64,000 nucleotides of DNA, from assembly GCA_048938385.1 (NCBI GenBank), contig JBHLMG010000002.1, positions 96,001 through 160,000 of the forward strand, in the 5' to 3' direction. A program made the position numbers and the translations under genes. Numbering within the stretch: position 1 is the first letter of the stretch; each line of letters begins with the position of its first letter. The notes under the pieces were generated by a model. That model was not told where the DNA came from, did no database searches, and saw nothing but the letters and a program-made list of their open reading frames with translations. This DNA comes from Promethearchaeota archaeon (lineage in GTDB: Archaea > Asgardarchaeota > Hermodarchaeia > Hermodarchaeales > Hermodarchaeaceae). Below, piece after piece: positions 59,331-64,000 of this stretch.

Positions 59331-59606
59331 ATGGCAAACGAATTCCCCATTCAGGAACCACAAAGCAAGGAATCGCCCCTCCTCAGCCCTACAGGCGAAG
59401 CGATACCAAACTCAGGGGTGAATGTGTGCTTTCTTTCTGTAGACCAATTCTCCGAGAGTGAAGTCTCTCGTCAACTTGCCGGAGTGTGCGCCCTTCTCCT
59501 TCGTATGCTTGCTCGGGACTTTGATGTACCCCGTCCCAAGGGCGTGCTGATCGTGCCTGCTTCAACATCGGAGAGGGTAGAGTTGAAAATAATACGGCGT
59601 GATTAG
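59331..59606 (+). CDS. small hypothetical protein (91 aa; start reassigned to ATG 59331)
   Basis: AAGGAG SD upstream; followed by a perfect 10-bp hairpin. Confidence 0.55.
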   Translation: MANEFPIQEPQSKESPLLSPTGEAIPNSGVNVCFLSVDQFSESEVSRQLAGVCALLLRMLARDFDVPRPKGVLIVPASTSERVELKIIRRD

Positions 59607-59626
59607 GCACAAACCTAGATGTCCAC

Positions 59627-59652
59627 GGGGCATTCCTTTATTGGAATGCCCC
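59627..59652. terminator. perfect 10-bp inverted repeat between convergent genes
   Basis: GGGGCATTCC-TTTATT-GGAATGCCCC. Confidence 0.6.
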
Positions 59653-59705
59653 CAGGGGAGGGATCAAGACTCGTATGAGCCACGCTCCTCCAGTCCAGTC
59701 TTATT

Positions 59706-61106
59706 CTAGATATCTCCGTCAGTGAATTCCCAAAATTGACGGCTTTCGTTCCATCGGCGGAAAAAATCTTGATCTAAACTGTTACCAAAATTTCGTTCCT
59801 GATGCACAGTTAATAAATCCTGAATATCATAGTATTTTATAACATCGCGAATGAGCGTTGCAATCTTGTCTCTCCAGCCTGTAGGGCGTTTAAAGAAAAT
59901 CAAAATTCCATCTTCAGATGGGTAAGTAAATGCTGCTGGAAACATCGATGCGAGCCATTGAAGTCGTCGGCGTGTCGGGAGATCACAAAGAATGCTAATC
60001 AGAATGAACTCCTCGAATCCTCCGCCACTGAAGTACATGATTGGAGTTATCATTTCCTCAGCTTTCAAACGCCTCAGATGTAACCAAATAGAGTTTTTTG
60101 AGAGATGAAATTCCCAACTTGCTAGGGTATTCCGAATGTCAGTTAGGGTGTCTTGTGGAGTGATACCGATATTTGCTAGAAGAAAATCGATTTGCCTAAA
60201 ATGAACTGGGAATCGAAAATCTTGGTAATGAATATATGCAATATCTTCCAAGCCCTCTTCACCTGGATCCTCAATTCTCTTAATGTCCTCAAATTCTGGA
60301 GGGCTCTGCCAGTTTCCATGTTTTGCATCATACAAGTCAAAGCGAATGTTCCAATACTTTTCTAGGACTCGATGAACATGGACTCGATGCAGAAAATTGC
60401 GTTTCAACCACTTTACCCGTTTCTCAAATAATTGGAATGCTCGTTGCTGAGATGGAACCGCGAAAGCCATGAATCCGTGAGAGAAGGTGACATCAAAAAC
60501 GAAGGCTGTTAGGAAGGGGAGCGAAGTTTGCCGAACCCAAGATTCTAAAGCTTTTGATTCCTCATAAGAGTGGGTTTGAAAAACAACACCGTATGTAGTG
60601 AGCTTAAATTTTCCACGGTTATCAATATAGACTCTTCGTAGACCGTTTTGTTCTTCTAATATTTGTAAGATCCGACTTGCTTTGTAACGCGTTAAGTTCA
60701 AATTCTGGGCTAATTTAGTTATGCTAGCCATGGGGTTCTTTGCCATTTGGTTCAGAATATCGACCTCTATGGTGGAAAATAGACGGTTAGAGCTTCGTTC
60801 CAATCCTATTAGCAACATCTCTTGAATTCTTGACACTGATCGGATACCATATTCATGGATGATGCGGATGCGATCTTTTAATGATTCAGCAAGTTCTGAA
60901 GAGAGCGCCGCTTGGGAGAACCGCATCTTCTGGTGACTTGGGTATTTCCTTTCTTCTGGAGTTAGAGCACCGGTTTCAACTAATTTGATGTATAATAATA
61001 CACTTTCAAATAGGCATTGAAGATTGTCCCGCTCCTCATTTGGAACCGAACGGGCGAGAATCTCATCGGTAATGTGTTTCAGTGGATGCTCAATCACTCC
61101 CGCCAT
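59706..61106 (-). CDS. tandem (double) Lrp/AsnC-like HTH regulator, paralog 2
   Basis: IEVDILNQMAKNPMASITKLAQNLNL HTH; second HTH LSKNSIWLHLRRL. Confidence 0.82.
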   Translation of the reverse strand: MAGVIEHPLKHITDEILARSVPNEERDNLQCLFESVLLYIKLVETGALTPEERKYPSHQKMRFSQAALSSELAESLKDRIRIIHEYGIRSVSRIQEMLLIGLERSSNRLFSTIEVDILNQMAKNPMASITKLAQNLNLTRYKASRILQILEEQNGLRRVYIDNRGKFKLTTYGVVFQTHSYEESKALESWVRQTSLPFLTAFVFDVTFSHGFMAFAVPSQQRAFQLFEKRVKWLKRNFLHRVHVHRVLEKYWNIRFDLYDAKHGNWQSPPEFEDIKRIEDPGEEGLEDIAYIHYQDFRFPVHFRQIDFLLANIGITPQDTLTDIRNTLASWEFHLSKNSIWLHLRRLKAEEMITPIMYFSGGGFEEFILISILCDLPTRRRLQWLASMFPAAFTYPSEDGILIFFKRPTGWRDKIATLIRDVIKYYDIQDLLTVHQERNFGNSLDQDFFRRWNESRQFWEFTDGDI

Positions 61107-61386
61107 AATGACAACTACCAGATTCTAAGACCCATAAAGGTTACTTCAACATGCTTACAAGATAAATTTGCTCTGAACCTTACAAATTTTAACAAACATC
61201 ACAGTACCTTGCTTTTTTAGGTAAGGAAAAAAAACCTTAGATCGCTTAAAAAGTAAAACCAAGCCCAGATAATCACATTCCTCCCATTTTACCCCTAAGA
61301 ATCCGTTTATATGCCAACATCGCTGCTTTACAATCTATTTTCTTTGCTTTTTATTTCTCCACACGAACCATCTTCTTGGTGGTAGC

Positions 61387-61440
61387 TTGAGCGATAGCAC
61401 ACTCATGAATGACCCAAATGGAAGACCTGATCCAATGTAG
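61387..61440 (+). CDS. candidate micro-ORF MSDSTLMNDPNGRPDPM (alternative ATG start at 61405)
   Basis: GGTGG SD before the TTG; TTTATAT near 61306; NGRP shared with 57186..57218. Confidence 0.3.
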   Translation: MSDSTLMNDPNGRPDPM

Positions 61441-61495
61441 GAAAAACTTCACACTCTACAGAGGGACAGGATACACTAAACACTCGACATTCTAG

Positions 61496-61526
61496 AAAAA
61501 GAAAGAATGGGCTACTTGCGTAGCCC
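61496..61526 (-). terminator. GNRA-capped hairpin plus U-tract after the ferredoxin
   Basis: Minus strand GGGCTAC-GCAA-GTAGCCC-ATTCTTTCTTTTT. Confidence 0.65.
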
Positions 61527-61576
61527 CCCGGCTCCAGGGTTGGGAAGAGCTCTGAGGAGGGATCCTCTGATTATTA

Positions 61577-61759
61577 TCAGAGTGTTATGGCCTCTTCAGG
61601 ACAGTTCTCAACGCAGGATTCGCACTCCACGCAAGCATCAGGGTCAGTAACCTTTGAGATGTTGTCTTGCAGGGTAAAACACTCGCTAGGGCAGACATCG
61701 ACGCAAGTTCCACATCCAGTGCATTTAGCTTCATCTACTTTAGGTGGCATTGTGTTCAT
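61577..61759 (-). CDS. 2x[4Fe-4S] ferredoxin
   Basis: CTGCGTCVDVCP and CVECESCVENCP. Confidence 0.95.
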   Translation of the reverse strand: MNTMPPKVDEAKCTGCGTCVDVCPSECFTLQDNISKVTDPDACVECESCVENCPEEAITL

Positions 61760-61890
61760 CTATCCTATGTGAATCAAGGCTCATCCCTAACCAGAGACAG
61801 GGATGAAAGTATTTTGACAGCAGAGCAGTTATATTTTAACTTTTACACACCTTCCAATTTTTTCCAATCGTAAGTGTAATAAACCCCCTT

Positions 61891-62334
61891 TTGCGAATCT
61901 TCTCTACTTCTCATCAGATGCTAATTGGAGATGATTGTATACCATCAAAGAAAAGCCGGATTTTCACTGAGGATGCCCCATTACCAGTGGGTCCGTATAG
62001 TCAAGCTATCCGTGCAGGTGATTTTCTCTTTGTTGCAGGTCAGGTTCCTGTGGATCCGACAACAGGTGACTTTGTTTTAGGATCAATAACAAACCAAACC
62101 CAACGAGTTATGGATAATATCAAACTGATACTTGAAGCTGCTGGGGCTAGTTTGAACGATGTCGTTCGTACTACCATTTACTTGACCAACATGCAAGACT
62201 TCAACGATGTTAATGAAGCCTATGGAAACTACTTTGACCTCGTTCCTCCCGCTCGATCCACTATTGGCGTGGCAGATTTACCGAAGGGTGTAGCGATCGA
62301 AATAGATGTCATCGCGTATCACCCGGAAAAATGA
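61891..62334 (+). CDS. ridA: RidA/YjgF family deaminase (true start probably downstream)
   Basis: AP.PVGPYSQA, AGQVP, F..VNE.Y..YF, PARS, LPKG..IEID. Confidence 0.93.
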   Translation: MRIFSTSHQMLIGDDCIPSKKSRIFTEDAPLPVGPYSQAIRAGDFLFVAGQVPVDPTTGDFVLGSITNQTQRVMDNIKLILEAAGASLNDVVRTTIYLTNMQDFNDVNEAYGNYFDLVPPARSTIGVADLPKGVAIEIDVIAYHPEK

Positions 62335-62395
62335 TACAACTCAAGAGGCGTTGAATATCTAGACTTATATTCTCACAAGTCTGCATGCTATACTC

Positions 62396-63487
62396 ATGAA
62401 GCGATTACATACCGAGCTCTGTGATCTACTGGGAATTCCTTATCCTATAATTCAGGGTGGAATGGGTCCATATAAAACCGAAGATTTGGCAATAGCGGTC
62501 GCGAATGCTGGGAGCCTTGGGATTATCAGTAGCATCGGCATGGCAGCAACACTTCTGCCTAAGGCAGCTCCTCTTGACGCCGTTCGCCTGTTTGGAGAGG
62601 ATCCACCCCTAGTTATCCTTCAAAAGTCCATCGAACGAGTAGCGAAGCTCACAAAAGCATCAAGCGGAATCTTTGGTGTAAATGTTCCAGTGGCCGCAGA
62701 GTTTCTCCTTGCATCGGAGATATTCGTCAAACAGGTCATTGAAAGCCGGCAATCAGATTCCGATATTGAACGCCGCTTACGGGTCCTAATTACTTCAGCA
62801 GGCAATCCATCGCCATGGGCTGAAGTGAAAAAGCATGGACTAATTTGGATGCATGTGGTTCCGTCCGTCTATCATGCCAAAAAAGCCGAACGCGCAGGAG
62901 CCGATGTCATCATCGCTTCAGGACATGAAGGAGGTGCCCATGTAGCATGGGATCCGGTGCATTCAATGGTCTTGATACCCGCGGTGGCACAAGCCGTTAA
63001 GACGCCCGTTGTAGCGGCCGGAGGATTTAGTGATGGGGCGTCTCTCGCCGCTGCCTTATGCCTGGGTGCAATCGGCGTTCAAATGGGAACACGCTTCATT
63101 GCTACCCAAGAAAGTGACTTCGAATCTATCTGGAAAGATGCAATCCTTCGATATGAAGAAAGGCAGACTCTAGTGGGGCGTGGACTGTTTGGTCCAATGC
63201 GATTCCTCAGGAATCAAAGGGCAGAACAACTCGTGGATCAAACCCTCAAAGATGTACCCCGCTTCTATTTAGGCAACCCAGTGAATTCCAATGACGCTAT
63301 CCTGAAACTTGAGCAATCAGGATTTATTGATCTCTTGGATAAAAAACCTGACTCAGCTCTCATGTTTGGAGGAGAGGTAACAGGAAGGATTACCAACCTA
63401 CCCACCGTGAAGGACCTAATCATCCAGATCATCGACGAAGCTGTGACGATTTTAAACACTCTTCCTACCAAGTTCCTTCAGAGCTAG
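62396..63487 (+). CDS. nitronate monooxygenase / FabK-like FMN oxidoreductase
   Basis: LLGIPYPIIQGGMG, GHEGGAH, PVVAAGG, GVQMGTRFIATQES. Confidence 0.92.
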   Translation: MKRLHTELCDLLGIPYPIIQGGMGPYKTEDLAIAVANAGSLGIISSIGMAATLLPKAAPLDAVRLFGEDPPLVILQKSIERVAKLTKASSGIFGVNVPVAAEFLLASEIFVKQVIESRQSDSDIERRLRVLITSAGNPSPWAEVKKHGLIWMHVVPSVYHAKKAERAGADVIIASGHEGGAHVAWDPVHSMVLIPAVAQAVKTPVVAAGGFSDGASLAAALCLGAIGVQMGTRFIATQESDFESIWKDAILRYEERQTLVGRGLFGPMRFLRNQRAEQLVDQTLKDVPRFYLGNPVNSNDAILKLEQSGFIDLLDKKPDSALMFGGEVTGRITNLPTVKDLIIQIIDEAVTILNTLPTKFLQS

Positions 63488-63497
63488 CTCAGCTCAT

Positions 63498-64000
63498 TTA
63501 GCGAAATTGTTGGGTTCGATGCCAACGACGGTGTGCTTCAATCTTATCTTTAGGAACAAAGCGTTTACAGCTAGGACACTTCACAAAGCCTTTCGTCACC
63601 ATTTCTAGAACTTGGTTTCGGCGTCGACGCTCCGACACCCGACTAATATAATCTGCGAGTCCAAAGGTGAGAACCGTTGCAGGAATCAACACTAAGGCAG
63701 GTAGTAGAACTGTCTGTCCTGCACGAACCGATCGATCCGAGATATTCGGAACTGCAAGAATTACCGAAAGAGGATGATTTGCCACTATCACTTCTGATCC
63801 TTCACGAGTGAAGTCAAAATTTGCAGTTACCACAACCTCTGGTTGATATATCAAGTTCCAGAGAATCCGTGTATCCCAATAGATCGTATTCCATGATTGA
63901 ATAGTGAGGATAGGACGGTCATTTTCAAAGACAGTTCCGACACCTAAAACCTCATGGCCAGGGCTATAGGGATCAAAATCCTCCACTAAAGTTTGGCTAA
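63498..64000 (-). CDS. C-terminus of a membrane-anchored protein with a cytoplasmic C2H2-like zinc finger (runs off window end)
   Basis: Frame is open to the window edge; TM followed by CPSCKRFVPKDKIEAHRRWH. Confidence 0.75.
   Translation of the reverse strand, partial: SQTLVEDFDPYSPGHEVLGVGTVFENDRPILTIQSWNTIYWDTRILWNLIYQPEVVVTANFDFTREGSEVIVANHPLSVILAVPNISDRSVRAGQTVLLPALVLIPATVLTFGLADYISRVSERRRRNQVLEMVTKGFVKCPSCKRFVPKDKIEAHRRWHRTQQFR

Noticed and set aside
61577-61579. C-terminal Sec in the ferredoxin (TGA plus structured 3' UTR)
   Set aside because: All eight cluster cysteines are already present and the protein ends at the normal family position
1-64000. CRISPR array, rRNA, tRNA, intact IS element; the many 60-150 aa antisense or alternative-frame ORFs in the track
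   Set aside because: No regularly spaced repeats, RNA-gene signatures or transposase were seen by eye; the short ORFs shadow well-supported genes

Overview
Gene-dense archaeal chromosomal window. It is most likely from an Asgard archaeon; this is inferred from two Rab-like GTPases, a membrane-anchored tandem RING-like protein, a Site-1-protease-like protein, archaeal FEN1 and DUF99, TrmB/Lrp regulators and TATA-type promoters. I saw no rRNA, tRNA or CRISPR array. Main blocks: (1) an ABC-2 exporter operon containing a 1470-aa Site-1-protease-like subtilase with a degenerate catalytic site, followed by a Rab-like GTPase (1-8474); (2) a frameshifted integrase relic next to a P3A H+-ATPase (9.6-12.7 kb); (3) mixed housekeeping genes (divergent PGK-like, M6 protease, Rab, FEN1, NADH oxidase/CoA-disulfide reductase family); (4) a 12-kb hydrogenase cluster made of a group 3b HydBGDA operon and a Hyc/Ech-like group 4 [NiFe] hydrogenase operon that embeds HdrB and a mini-HdrC with no Fe-S cysteines; (5) nitrogen and cofactor genes (GDH, GltB-like, dodecin, NadE); (6) a 55.4-61.5 kb locus with two paralogous 7TM proteins, two paralogous double-Lrp regulators, structured intergenic RNAs and two unannotated micro-ORFs sharing an NGRP motif. 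The strongest candidates for new biology are the hydrogenase-HdrB module, the pseudo-S1P/ABC operon and the micropeptide/structured-RNA/7TM/regulator locus. All family assignments are from motifs read by eye; no database search was run.
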